36,796 nucleotides of DNA from an uncultured Lachnospiraceae bacterium (GTDB lineage Bacteria; Bacillota; Clostridia; Lachnospirales; Lachnospiraceae): NCBI GenBank assembly GCA_902773185.1, contig CACYDN010000084.1:1-36796 (forward strand), written 5' to 3'. How positions within the stretch are numbered: the first letter of the stretch is position 1; the number at the start of each line of letters is the position of its first letter. A program made the translations under genes and the position numbers. Below, piece after piece: positions 26,952 to 36,392 of this stretch. The notes below the pieces were generated by a model. That model was not told where the DNA came from. It searched no databases and worked only from the letters and a program-made list of their open reading frames with translations.

Positions 26952-29726
26952 CTAACTATTCTGATCATCCGAATCGAACCTTCTGAAAGCAAGTATCAGC
27001 AGAATTCCCAGACCCGAAACAATGATGGCAAGAACAACATTTTCGAATGGAATCCGATCTCCGGTCTTAGGAGCTGCCTCCTTTTTAACCACCTTCTCCG
27101 GCTCCTTTTCCGTCAGACTGACCGTTGTCTTTGTTTCGGGTGTTTTGGGCGTTGCCGGTGTTTTGGGTTCTTCGGGTTTTGCCGGCTCCTCCGGTTTTTT
27201 CGGTTCTTCCTTTGGTTCTTCCTTCGGTTCCTCCGGTTTCGGCGGTTCCTCCGGTTCCCCTGAACTCACCTTCGGCTCAAGCTCTTTAAAGCTCACCGTC
27301 TGCTCCTCATCGGAAAGCTCCCGGTGACCGGCCATCACCGTACCATCTCCGTCATACAGGGTTTCAAACACGACAAGTTTTTTGCCGGCCAACTCTTCTT
27401 CTGCATTTTCGGGAAAATGAAACGATACATCACAGCAGCCATCGGTTCCGCCGGCCGGATTATTCGCCTCTCCTGTAACAAATTCTGCCTCGGCAGTGAG
27501 CGGGCTTCCGTTTACCAAAAAGACTTCTCCCGTTTCCGGATCATAGGCTTCCCCATATAGTTTATAAGAATTATTCGGTCTGAGATTCGTGAAGCTTACC
27601 GTATCTACAAAACCTTTCGCGGTATTCTCCAGAAGCTTTTCCCCTTCTTTTCCCTTTGCCGAGGTCCGGATGTCCGGCGTCACAACTGTCTGACCCGCAT
27701 CATCCTGATCCTCATGGCAAAGGGGGAAGGTAAAGTCACAGCCCTCCGGATATGCTGCCGGATAATTTCCCGCTGCTACGTCTTCTTCGGTCACATCACC
27801 CAAATACAAACGTTCAAATACGACGAAGCTTTTCCCCTGATGGCCACAAAGGAGTTTCAATTCTTCAAACAGCACTTCTACTTCGCCCGCAGCTTCAAAT
27901 TCGGACTTTGCATATTCCGCCTTCGTGCTGAAAACTTTTCTTGCTCGAACCGGCTTTCCCTCTTCATTCAGGAACGGCTCCACCGTTCCGTCATCTTCCT
28001 TTATCATCAGTGTGCCGATCAGCGTAAATGTAGTATTTACCCGGAGATTTTCATAACTGACGACATCCCGGATGGTCTGCCCCCCGGATGCAGGCAGGAT
28101 TTTCGATTCACCCTCCGAAGTCACCACAGAGGCCTTTGTCCCGATCATCGGATATTCCGCATTATAAATCCTTCCGTCCCTTTCCTGTACATTAACCGTT
28201 TTTTCGGATATGATTTCCACAGTAATGGGCCGGAGCAGCTGACATCCCTTGTTTGCCGCACAGGCTTTTTCCGTGATCACATACGTTCCGACCGGAAGAG
28301 CCCCCAGCTGTTTTCCGTTCAGGTCCTTCATCGGATTCCAGCTTTTTCCATCCTGATCTTTGCTGAACCAGATTTCATTCTTTGTTCCGTCGTAGTCTGC
28401 CTTCCGATCATTCAGGTTCACGTTAGCCGTATAAGCCGCCACCTCTGTGGTAGCCTTTCCTTCCGCATCCGTATACAGAATATGACTTTCTCCGGTCGTC
28501 TTGTTCTTCACTTCAAACTTCACGCCTTCCAGCGGTTTTCCGTCGGATAACCGTATTTTTTCCAGACTTATATTCCCGCGCACGGGATATACCGGCACAT
28601 CGCCCAGGTTTTGATTGGTTTCCACGGTGAGAAGCTGCAGATCTCCGTGTTTCACTGCCGGAACCGAAGTGGAACCTGTTCGAATTGCATAGTTTTCATT
28701 CGTTTTGGATTCCCGAAGCAAAAAAGCATTGGCCGGCAGACCGGCATTGGAGGTTTTCCTGCGGATATGTGCCACGGCAACCGTTCCGCCATCCACCTGC
28801 CTTAGCTCCTGCCCGACAAATTCATAATTGGCATTGGTCCAGCCTGTATTCTTTACGATGTTTTTTGTATATCCGTACTGGTTCAGGGTAAAAGTCAAAA
28901 ATGCCTTTCCGTAGGTATCCGTCATCTGGTACTCGATATCTCCCAGGGACGGTGCATATTCTTTGTCCAGTGATTCTTTTTTCAAAGTCAGATAAACATC
29001 GGAATAATAGCTGTAATCAAACTGGTACGTGATGAGATCCTGATACCGCTCGGTCTGGCCGTTTCCGTTCACATAGGAGCCGTCGGTCTTCATCACATAC
29101 ATCGTGATCACCGGAATGACCCCGGCTTCGGTCGACTCACGAATCAGAGCGGCGCCTCTGGCGTTATAATCCTTCAGACGGTTACGGATCGTAATCTCTT
29201 CCACACCGCCTGCCACGCCGCCGCGCGCCTCCGCATTCCATGCCGCATAGTTATAGGCATCCTCCGCTTCATTTTTCCCGATCATGTTCAGGAAATATGC
29301 AAGGTCAAAATGTGCCTGCTGGTAATAGGGACCCCCGATACCGAAATTCAGACCATCCTGATTCTTCTCATAATAATAAACCACGTTCCGGATATCGACA
29401 GTCACACCATCCACATCTACCGTATAGGGAAATGCAAAACCGGCATCCGACCAGGCATTGCAGTAATAGGTGACCGTGCTGTCTGCGTGGTGTGGTCCCC
29501 ATCTTGTGGGGGAAACACAATAAAGCGGATACGGAAAATCATTCGATCGGTACTCATGGTTTCCGTTGGAAGAAGTCCCGGCGGCATAAACCTCCGTGGA
29601 CGGTGCAGCACTGTAAATATCCTCCTCTGACGGATCCGTCTCTGCATTTACACCGATGTTCGGCAATAACGAAAGAAGGATTCCCATCAGCAGCATCCAG
29701 ACAATAAGCTTCTTTCTTTTTTTCAT
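26952..29726 (-). CDS. Sortase-anchored adhesin: putative thioester domain, SpaA-like domains, two VaFE repeats, Pro/Glu/Lys stalk
   Basis: Signal peptide from ATG 29726; LYCVSP..YQDLI; GNISLEK..PLEGVKF..TDAEG..LPVGTY.ITE; VVFERLY, VVFETLY; PEEPK repeats; APKTG + TM + RR. Confidence 0.88.
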   Translation of the reverse strand: MKKRKKLIVWMLLMGILLSLLPNIGVNAETDPSEEDIYSAAPSTEVYAAGTSSNGNHEYRSNDFPYPLYCVSPTRWGPHHADSTVTYYCNAWSDAGFAFPYTVDVDGVTVDIRNVVYYYEKNQDGLNFGIGGPYYQQAHFDLAYFLNMIGKNEAEDAYNYAAWNAEARGGVAGGVEEITIRNRLKDYNARGAALIRESTEAGVIPVITMYVMKTDGSYVNGNGQTERYQDLITYQFDYSYYSDVYLTLKKESLDKEYAPSLGDIEYQMTDTYGKAFLTFTLNQYGYTKNIVKNTGWTNANYEFVGQELRQVDGGTVAVAHIRRKTSNAGLPANAFLLRESKTNENYAIRTGSTSVPAVKHGDLQLLTVETNQNLGDVPVYPVRGNISLEKIRLSDGKPLEGVKFEVKNKTTGESHILYTDAEGKATTEVAAYTANVNLNDRKADYDGTKNEIWFSKDQDGKSWNPMKDLNGKQLGALPVGTYVITEKACAANKGCQLLRPITVEIISEKTVNVQERDGRIYNAEYPMIGTKASVVTSEGESKILPASGGQTIRDVVSYENLRVNTTFTLIGTLMIKEDDGTVEPFLNEEGKPVRARKVFSTKAEYAKSEFEAAGEVEVLFEELKLLCGHQGKSFVVFERLYLGDVTEEDVAAGNYPAAYPEGCDFTFPLCHEDQDDAGQTVVTPDIRTSAKGKEGEKLLENTAKGFVDTVSFTNLRPNNSYKLYGEAYDPETGEVFLVNGSPLTAEAEFVTGEANNPAGGTDGCCDVSFHFPENAEEELAGKKLVVFETLYDGDGTVMAGHRELSDEEQTVSFKELEPKVSSGEPEEPPKPEEPKEEPKEEPKKPEEPAKPEEPKTPATPKTPETKTTVSLTEKEPEKVVKKEAAPKTGDRIPFENVVLAIIVSGLGILLILAFRRFDSDDQNS

Positions 29727-29785
29727 TCGTTTTTTTCTCCTTTTTCTCCTAAGCAATGTACCTAAGTATTTATGGCATGCTGTTT

Positions 29786-31024
29786 TTATTCAACCTGAAA
29801 CAGGATATTGGCAATGCACACCTCATCCCCGGGACGCAGCACCTCTTCTGTTCCGGCCGGAAGGCGTCTCCGGTTTAGCCACGTTCCGTTCGTTGACCCC
29901 ATGTCCATGATCCAGACACGGTTCCCTTCTTTTCGCAGTTCGGCATGTTCCCGGCTCACACCCGGCACCTGCAGAACATACCGGCAGCAGTTTTTCTGTC
30001 TTCCGAGTGTTCCTGTGCCTTCTCCGATCCGGATTTCCTCCACCCACTTCAGATCCTTTGGAATCAGCTTGGTGACCGGCCGGGAAGGGTCCCTCATTAA
30101 TACACCGGTTCCCACATCATAGGGTTCGGACAGACTGACGTCCTTCCTGTCCCCTGTCAGACGGTTTTTCTCATTTTCAGGGATAAATCTACTGTACTCC
30201 TCCTCCGATTCCGCTGCCGCAGCCCGCATGACAGCATTCAGCTGCGCCCTGCCCGGCACTCTGCTTCGCCTTTTCGCTGTCCGACGCCCTTCCTTCAGCC
30301 TGCTTTGCTCGGCCGGACGTGCTCGTCCCACGGTATTCCGTTTATACTTTCGCCGATGGCGCGTCTTTCCATCAGATTCCTCATACGGTTTTGCACGGAT
30401 TTCTTCGGTTTTTCCGCGAAAACGCCCGGGCACCCGTCCGCCGCCAGACAAACTGACGGAAGACATTTCCGCCACTTCCTCCGCAAAATGCATCGGCCCG
30501 GAGGAAAGAAAATCCATATCCCAGAAACAGGACGGTTTTTCCAGAACCGGAGAACAAAACCGATAGATTCCCCGCAGTTTTTCCCGATCGGTACTGCTGA
30601 AAAGCCGGAGTGTTTCCTGACAAAATTCGCGGAGATGTCCTTCAAAGGAGCCTTCCAGTCCCGGCACGTAGAGAAAATAGATATTTCCCGCCGCATCCGT
30701 AAACACATAGGCTGGATGCAGCAGAATATACTCCGGCGGCATCATGTATCCTTCCAGCTGCCCCACAGCTGTCTTTAAAGAACGGAGCAGATTTTCCATT
30801 TTGTTCGGATCCGGCGCCTCGTCCTTCCAAATATCCTTCAGAGGCAGCAGCCCTGTCGTCCGGTAAAAGATATGCCTTTCATTATCGATCTCCGCAATTT
30901 CCCGTTCCGGGATAAAGGGCAAACGGCAATAAGCCAGCATCGAGGGAAGATACTCCGCCGTCTCCGTGAGCCCGGATATTTCCAGTCCATGCTCACTGCC
31001 CCTATCTCTCTGTAATATCATCAT
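29786..31024 (-). CDS. DUF6382-like (EssB/YukC pseudokinase-like) N-domain + C-terminal FHA protein
   Basis: YILLHPAYVF....IYFLYVP; FHA LGR..GVSREHA..DMGSTNGT.LN; overlaps upstream TadE-like gene. Confidence 0.82.
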   Translation of the reverse strand: MMILQRDRGSEHGLEISGLTETAEYLPSMLAYCRLPFIPEREIAEIDNERHIFYRTTGLLPLKDIWKDEAPDPNKMENLLRSLKTAVGQLEGYMMPPEYILLHPAYVFTDAAGNIYFLYVPGLEGSFEGHLREFCQETLRLFSSTDREKLRGIYRFCSPVLEKPSCFWDMDFLSSGPMHFAEEVAEMSSVSLSGGGRVPGRFRGKTEEIRAKPYEESDGKTRHRRKYKRNTVGRARPAEQSRLKEGRRTAKRRSRVPGRAQLNAVMRAAAAESEEEYSRFIPENEKNRLTGDRKDVSLSEPYDVGTGVLMRDPSRPVTKLIPKDLKWVEEIRIGEGTGTLGRQKNCCRYVLQVPGVSREHAELRKEGNRVWIMDMGSTNGTWLNRRRLPAGTEEVLRPGDEVCIANILFQVE

Positions 31025-31481
31025 AAAGCTGCCATCTCCTCAGTCTGTCGGTGCAGCAACGCACCTCTTTTGTTACGGTAACCGTATCGTCCGAAATCAA
31101 ATGCACCCTTCCCAGTGAGATTACCTTTGCTGCTTCCTCTTCCACGGAAACCTCAGCCCTGCCGGGAATTTCTCCGCTTCGTGCACCATCCGCCAGAAGC
31201 TTGTTTTCCAGTTCCGCTCCCAACATTTTCTCCTCCTCAGCGGACAGGGTTAAGGTATAGATATGCCGAATAGCTGCCAGTTGCAGAGCATCCCGCCGGA
31301 AAAACTGCAAAAGAAGTGCCAGAACAAAAAAGCAGCACGACAAAAGGACCGGAACGATCACACAGGCTTCGATTGTCATAAAGCCTTTGTTTGACATTCT
31401 TGAAACCCGCTCTGCTGCGTCTCCTGTTTCCGCTTTTCCCTGAATTCTTCCGTTATTTCCGATTACCTGCATTTGGAACAT
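31002..31481 (-). CDS. TadE-like pseudopilin
   Basis: KG|FMTIEACVIVPVLL prepilin-type motif and hydrophobic helix; start uncertain (31481, 31472 or later). Confidence 0.75.
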   Translation of the reverse strand: MFQMQVIGNNGRIQGKAETGDAAERVSRMSNKGFMTIEACVIVPVLLSCCFFVLALLLQFFRRDALQLAAIRHIYTLTLSAEEEKMLGAELENKLLADGARSGEIPGRAEVSVEEEAAKVISLGRVHLISDDTVTVTKEVRCCTDRLRRWQLYDDITER

Positions 31482-32263
31482 GGCGGCAGATCCACCTCCG
31501 ATTTTCGTTTTCTGTACACGGTACGTTTCAGTCTCGAACAATAAGGCGTGGCATGATACACCTCTCCGTCAGGTGTTATGTAAACCGTACTGCCTGCATC
31601 TGCGCCGCAATACCGGCAAGGCAGATAGCCCTGCTCCTTTGCGGCTGAAATACTCCCTGCCACAGGATGCAGCGAAATATATGTGCAGTTTCTGTCCGTG
31701 TGATAGACCACGCCGTTTTCCGCCACATATACATATTCCGCATCCGCCGGCACACTTTGATTCTCAGTCGGATCACGGCCGGTATAGCCCTTCTGCCGGA
31801 TTCGCACATGCTCTGCCTTCTGATACGATCCGAAGAAGGGAAGCTCAACACGAATCAGAAGGACTGCCTCCAGCACCACATAGCCATCCTCATCCGGAAA
31901 AGAGGAACCCAAAAAGGAAACCACCGGAATATAAGCTTTGGTTCGATCCGGTTCATCCAGATAGAGATAATACCGGGCCAGACACATGGCCGGAGATGCA
32001 GCGGAAGCGGCGGAGGAGGTGTCTGCAAAATACATATATTCCGCCATATATTCCGCTGTTTCCCGTATGGCCTTTCGTGCATCCATCCTTGCGGCGCGAA
32101 TATCCATTAGGAGCACGAAAAATGTCATCATGAACAGGAATACCGGCAGGGCCAGAGCGGCTTCCACAGTAACTGAGCCGCGGTCCGGCCGGTTTTTCCG
32201 CAAAAGATGATCTTTTTTTGCCGCCCCGGAGAGGACTTGATTGGAATTTTCGTGCAAGATCAT
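31463..32263 (-). CDS. TadE-like pseudopilin with two C-terminal YH....C / C..C putative Zn-binding repeats
   Basis: RG|SVTVEAALALPVF; YHTDRNC..PCRYC and YHATPYC..PCSKC. Confidence 0.82.
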   Translation of the reverse strand: MILHENSNQVLSGAAKKDHLLRKNRPDRGSVTVEAALALPVFLFMMTFFVLLMDIRAARMDARKAIRETAEYMAEYMYFADTSSAASAASPAMCLARYYLYLDEPDRTKAYIPVVSFLGSSFPDEDGYVVLEAVLLIRVELPFFGSYQKAEHVRIRQKGYTGRDPTENQSVPADAEYVYVAENGVVYHTDRNCTYISLHPVAGSISAAKEQGYLPCRYCGADAGSTVYITPDGEVYHATPYCSRLKRTVYRKRKSEVDLPPCSKCR

Positions 32264-32265
32264 CT

Positions 32266-33831
32266 TTAATATCCTCCTTCCTCGTGGAGACAGACTCTCG
32301 TATCGGAAAGATCAATTTCGGCATCCACGCCGAAAGCCGTTATGGCATTTACCATGCGGAATGTCGGGTCCCCGCCCGATACATCCGCCTGGCAGGCATT
32401 TATCTGCATCACATCCAGCATATGCAGATATGTTGCATCCATATCAAAGGCCAAAAGGATCAACAGATACTCCCTGTACGTCAGTCCGTGGGAATCGCCC
32501 TCCTCTCCGGAAAGGGCTGAGAAATCCAAAAGGTGTGTGAGGTCTGTCTTCCAGGCTGCATGGCTTTTGGTAAGATTTACCTTCTTCCCCCGTACAAGAA
32601 GATAAACATCCGCCGCACTCTCCGCATAGGCCCAGCAGGCAGCAATCAGATACTTCGTGAGCGGATACAGGAATGGTGTCAGCGCCGTGACCGATATGGC
32701 AACACTCTTTACCTCCGCCATCCTGGCAGGATCCGCAAGAAGAGATGCAAAATTGAAGCCCAGTCTGAGCGCGATCAGCTTACTGACTGCCTTCTTATAA
32801 TTCTCCGCATCGGTCGGAGCCCCGCTGACCAGATATTCCAGTTCCAGATTCAAAGCGGACTTTTCCCCCTCATCAGCCGGGTCGGTCAGACAGCGGAACA
32901 TCTTTCCGGCATACACGAGCTGAGCAGCATGATCGGTAAGGACGCTTCCCCATCCTTTATTTCCGGAAATGGTTTTCCGAAGTCCGGAGAAGGACCGAAA
33001 CCCGTTATCCACCAGAGCACCTTCATTCTGAAAAAGCCCCCGGGACGGAACCTCATCCATGGGTATCTCCACATCACTGAACCGCACATTTTCCGGCAGA
33101 ATGAGAAGTGCCAGACCGGCAGGCGTGATCTTCCGGATTCCCTTTCGGGGATCCTTCTTTTTTCCGGAATCCGGCTGATAGCCTTCCGGCACATCTCCCG
33201 CAAAATCCCCGGATGATTCCCCGTCACTTCCTCCGATATCAGTTCCTTCGATTTCGCTTCCTTCTCCGCCTGCTTCATCGGTGTCATGTCCTTTGGTCTC
33301 CGCCTCCAGTTCATCCAGGCGGCTCTGCGAAACCGGTTCATCCTGCCCGTCTGTTTTTCCAATGAATTCGTCCGCAGCCGCTTCAAGTCCCAGATAGATC
33401 AGGGACTCCCGGATCTGTCTCCTGAATTCGGCGCATTTATCTTCGCCGAGGTACCTGACCTCCGTCAGCTGGACATCTGATACGGAAAACCCGCTGTTTT
33501 CCTCGATGGACTGCGTGATCAGTTCCTCAATTTCACCCTTCCCTTTTCCACCGAACCCGACATCCAGAAGGAGGATATGGTAACGATCAAAGATGTATCG
33601 GTTATACTCCGCCTTCACGCCGGATACTGCCGTCGCAAGTGTTCCCGCAGCTTCCGCTTCCTCTCGGCGCCGGTCCAGACTGCGGGTGAGACCTGCAAAT
33701 ACCAGAAGGAGCACAGAGATGAGAAGAAGCAAAAAAATTGTTACATACCCCGCGTCAGACCGTTCGGATCGTCCCACGGTTCTGTTCCTTCGAAGTCTCG
33801 TCATTCTGCATTTGCTGCAATCTTCTGTCAA
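32266..33831 (-). CDS. Large pilin-like Tad accessory protein (DUF5702-like)
   Basis: AG|YVTIFLLLL prepilin-like motif; ELEYLVSG, WAYAES..D, YREYL..LL motifs; TTG start at 33831 after GAGGTG. Confidence 0.75.
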   Translation of the reverse strand: MTEDCSKCRMTRLRRNRTVGRSERSDAGYVTIFLLLLISVLLLVFAGLTRSLDRRREEAEAAGTLATAVSGVKAEYNRYIFDRYHILLLDVGFGGKGKGEIEELITQSIEENSGFSVSDVQLTEVRYLGEDKCAEFRRQIRESLIYLGLEAAADEFIGKTDGQDEPVSQSRLDELEAETKGHDTDEAGGEGSEIEGTDIGGSDGESSGDFAGDVPEGYQPDSGKKKDPRKGIRKITPAGLALLILPENVRFSDVEIPMDEVPSRGLFQNEGALVDNGFRSFSGLRKTISGNKGWGSVLTDHAAQLVYAGKMFRCLTDPADEGEKSALNLELEYLVSGAPTDAENYKKAVSKLIALRLGFNFASLLADPARMAEVKSVAISVTALTPFLYPLTKYLIAACWAYAESAADVYLLVRGKKVNLTKSHAAWKTDLTHLLDFSALSGEEGDSHGLTYREYLLILLAFDMDATYLHMLDVMQINACQADVSGGDPTFRMVNAITAFGVDAEIDLSDTRVCLHEEGGY

Positions 33832-33842
33832 TATGCCACACC

Positions 33843-34154
33843 TCACCCGGTCACCTCTGCCGCACCGTTTGTTACCGCATTCCAAATCCGCTGAACAAGG
33901 GCAAGTGCCTGTTCCCGGAAGATCACCACAAGTGCAATTAAAACCACCAGCACCAGAATGATTTCAATCACGGCAACCCCTCTGTCATCCCGATAGCTTT
34001 TCTTGATTCGTGTCCGTTTCCGACTGACGCTGCATGACCGAAGCATCAGCATACTCCCGCCCGGGTTTTGATTTTCTCCGCTTAGCATATCCTCTGTCCC
34101 TGTTTCCGTGTATTCCGTTATTTCTCTCATTTCTTCACAAATTCTCTCATCCAT
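33843..34154 (-). CDS. flp: Flp-type (Flp1-like) major pilin
   Basis: DDRG|VAVIEIILVLVVLIALVVIFR; 44-aa mature pilin; AGGAG RBS before ATG 34154. Confidence 0.88.
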   Translation of the reverse strand: MDERICEEMREITEYTETGTEDMLSGENQNPGGSMLMLRSCSVSRKRTRIKKSYRDDRGVAVIEIILVLVVLIALVVIFREQALALVQRIWNAVTNGAAEVTG

Positions 34155-34287
34155 ACAACTTTTCTCCTTTCTCCGGAGCCGGCCGTTCATGTCCGGTTTA
34201 GCGATTCCGAAATATCCTGACCGAATTCCCGTCTAAATACCATTGGTACATCGATCCGTTTATTAGGCAACCGCCGCACCGGTCGCG

Positions 34288-35589
34288 TTACATGCCGACC
34301 AGCGCCGGGTACACCACAATGCCGACGACTGTCAGAAGGAGAAGTCCGGTTGGCAGAAGCAGCTTCTCGGATGCCTCCTCCCCCTTTTTTCGCGTGCGTT
34401 CCTTTTTACTGTTTACAGCTTCCTGTTCCTCGTCAGCGAGGAGCATAAGAAGCTGATCCGACCCGTGATACAGATTCTGGCTGATCAGGGCCAGAACCTT
34501 TTTATACTCCGGAAGACCGATATTCCTGCCCAGCTCCGTAAGCGCATCCGGCTCCGACCATCCACAGCGAAGACGATTCAGCGTAAAGCGGACTTCTTCC
34601 TGAAGGCTTTTTTCCGTACAGGTGTAAGTAAACCGCCGCAGGGCTTCGGGGATGGAAAGTCCCGCTCCCAGATAGAGGGATAACTGATTCACAAAGCGGA
34701 AATATCCATCCTTCATTTCCTCCTGCCTTGCCTCTCCTGCCCGGCGGATTGCCAAAATGCGGAACGTTACCGGAAGGATTACAATGGCAAAAAACAGAAG
34801 GACGAGAAGCGCGGTTCTGTCCGGCCCCTTCCTCACGCTTTTTTCCACGGTCATCCCATTCACTTCTTCCGGAAGAACGAACGAGGGATCGGTTTTTGCT
34901 TCTCTCTCCTGATTCTGCAAAGACTCTTCTGCCATTTCCCACGCATCCTTCTCCTGTGGGAAAACGATACAAAGGTAAGTTTCCTTTGCTTCTCTATGGT
35001 CCGCAGCAATGGTCGCCGTAAGAGCTACCTCTAGCGGTGCACTGAGGCTTCCTCGACTGACCTTTCCTCTGCTGCTGAGAATATCCGGATGATCCGACTG
35101 CCAGGTAATCTCCAGATTTCCTTCCGCCGTCCGAACAGGAAGCGTTAGATGATCCGTGATCCGTTCCAGACTTTCATTCTTTCCCAGAATTCGATCCGGC
35201 AATGTTTCCAGTTCTTTTTCCGCAATACACGCAAATTCTTCATCCGAAAGCTCCTCCGGTCCGATTTCCAGAAGAATTTCCTTTTCCTCGTTTCCATCCC
35301 GCAGGATGAGAGGAATCCGCCGGGATTCCCCGTCACGTGGACGGGTGATCACCCGCGAATCCTTTTTCTCACCCTTTGGAGATTCGGAAAGGAGTTGCAA
35401 AAACAAAAAGGCAATCAAAAGGCCTAAAAACATGGCAAGTAGCCTGACCATCTCTTTTTCGGTTTCATCAGCGAGCTGCGTCCGGTTCAGGGGTTTTCCA
35501 CGCCGGATCAGGTTCGCCAGCCCCTTTTTCCACTTCCGGGGCACAAAACGGACCAGTTTCCCCGCAAGTACTGTCAACGGTTTCTTCAT
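34288..35589 (-). CDS. tadC: TadC-like T2SSF platform protein with inserted Ig-like domain
   Basis: True start ATG 35589 (GGAGG RBS, ATGA overlap with tadB stop); LYLGAGLSIPEAL, GEEASEKLLLP; LTLP..ITWQS...I....G.V.R..V.LTATI insert. Confidence 0.85.
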   Translation of the reverse strand: MKKPLTVLAGKLVRFVPRKWKKGLANLIRRGKPLNRTQLADETEKEMVRLLAMFLGLLIAFLFLQLLSESPKGEKKDSRVITRPRDGESRRIPLILRDGNEEKEILLEIGPEELSDEEFACIAEKELETLPDRILGKNESLERITDHLTLPVRTAEGNLEITWQSDHPDILSSRGKVSRGSLSAPLEVALTATIAADHREAKETYLCIVFPQEKDAWEMAEESLQNQEREAKTDPSFVLPEEVNGMTVEKSVRKGPDRTALLVLLFFAIVILPVTFRILAIRRAGEARQEEMKDGYFRFVNQLSLYLGAGLSIPEALRRFTYTCTEKSLQEEVRFTLNRLRCGWSEPDALTELGRNIGLPEYKKVLALISQNLYHGSDQLLMLLADEEQEAVNSKKERTRKKGEEASEKLLLPTGLLLLTVVGIVVYPALVGM

Positions 35590-36392
35590 GCAGCTGTCCC
35601 CTCCACGATTCGTTCTCCCCAGAAATCCGCCAGGATATTCATCCCCAGTGCCGCTGTCATCACAAGCCTTCCCCCTGCGCCATGATAAAGGGCAGCTGTA
35701 AAATCCGGCGCCGTCAAAAGCAGAAAGAAGAGGATACCGGCCGGCATGAGTGTCATTACCTTCTGTTCCAGCCTTTTCGCCGCCACCATCCTTTCGACCT
35801 CTAATCTGAGTTCGATCTTGGTCGTGATCTTTTCCACGGTTCCCCGAATGATGCGAAGCATGTCGCCTCCCGTTTCCTCCGCCAGCGTCAGCATCTCCGC
35901 AAAATCCCGGATTTCCGGAAGGGCGGAACGCTTTGCATAGTCCCGGAAGGCTTCGGAAAAGGTTTCTCCCATTTCCTGCCTTTTTTGTATTTCCCGGAGC
36001 ACCTGCCGGATTTCCGCCTTTTCCCCGTATAAAAAGCCGAGATCCCGCTCCGTCTCGCAAAAAGCCCGGCTGATGCTCCCCCCTGCGGCAAGTGCACCGG
36101 AAAGTGCGGTGATGAGATTCCGAAAATCATCCAGTCTTTCCATCCGCCTCTTTCTAAGGACCCTTTTTCTTCCGGAAACAAATACATAAACCGCAACGCA
36201 CACGCCCGGAAGAAGGCCCCATACATTCCGGTAAAACATGTAAGCCGCAATCGTTCCGACAGACAGTCCCGTGATGAGCGGTCGTATCAGCAGCAGTGCC
36301 TGCTTTCCTGTTTGTTCCAACTTCAAAGGGCTTGCTTCCGTAACCGCCTTCGACGTTCCAAATACCGTAACTGTTTCAGATACGTGCTTCAT
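35586..36392 (-). CDS. tadB: TadB-like T2SSF platform protein
   Basis: ALAAGGSISRAF, EIRDFAEML...ETGGD, LEQKVMTLMP; ATGA overlap with cpaF stop. Confidence 0.88.
   Translation of the reverse strand: MKHVSETVTVFGTSKAVTEASPLKLEQTGKQALLLIRPLITGLSVGTIAAYMFYRNVWGLLPGVCVAVYVFVSGRKRVLRKRRMERLDDFRNLITALSGALAAGGSISRAFCETERDLGFLYGEKAEIRQVLREIQKRQEMGETFSEAFRDYAKRSALPEIRDFAEMLTLAEETGGDMLRIIRGTVEKITTKIELRLEVERMVAAKRLEQKVMTLMPAGILFFLLLTAPDFTAALYHGAGGRLVMTAALGMNILADFWGERIVEGTAA

Noticed and set aside
27130-27260. PEEPK/TP-rich repeats as a separate element
   Set aside because: Ordinary wall-spanning stalk of the sortase-anchored protein
34155-34287. Possible c-di-GMP riboswitch between tadC and flp
   Set aside because: No GGCAAA/GAAA/GACGCAAA class I pattern and no convincing class II pattern
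35590-36060. 157-aa N-terminal extension of the 590-aa tadC ORF
   Set aside because: Lies inside tadB in another frame; ATG 35589 has an RBS and an ATGA overlap with the tadB stop
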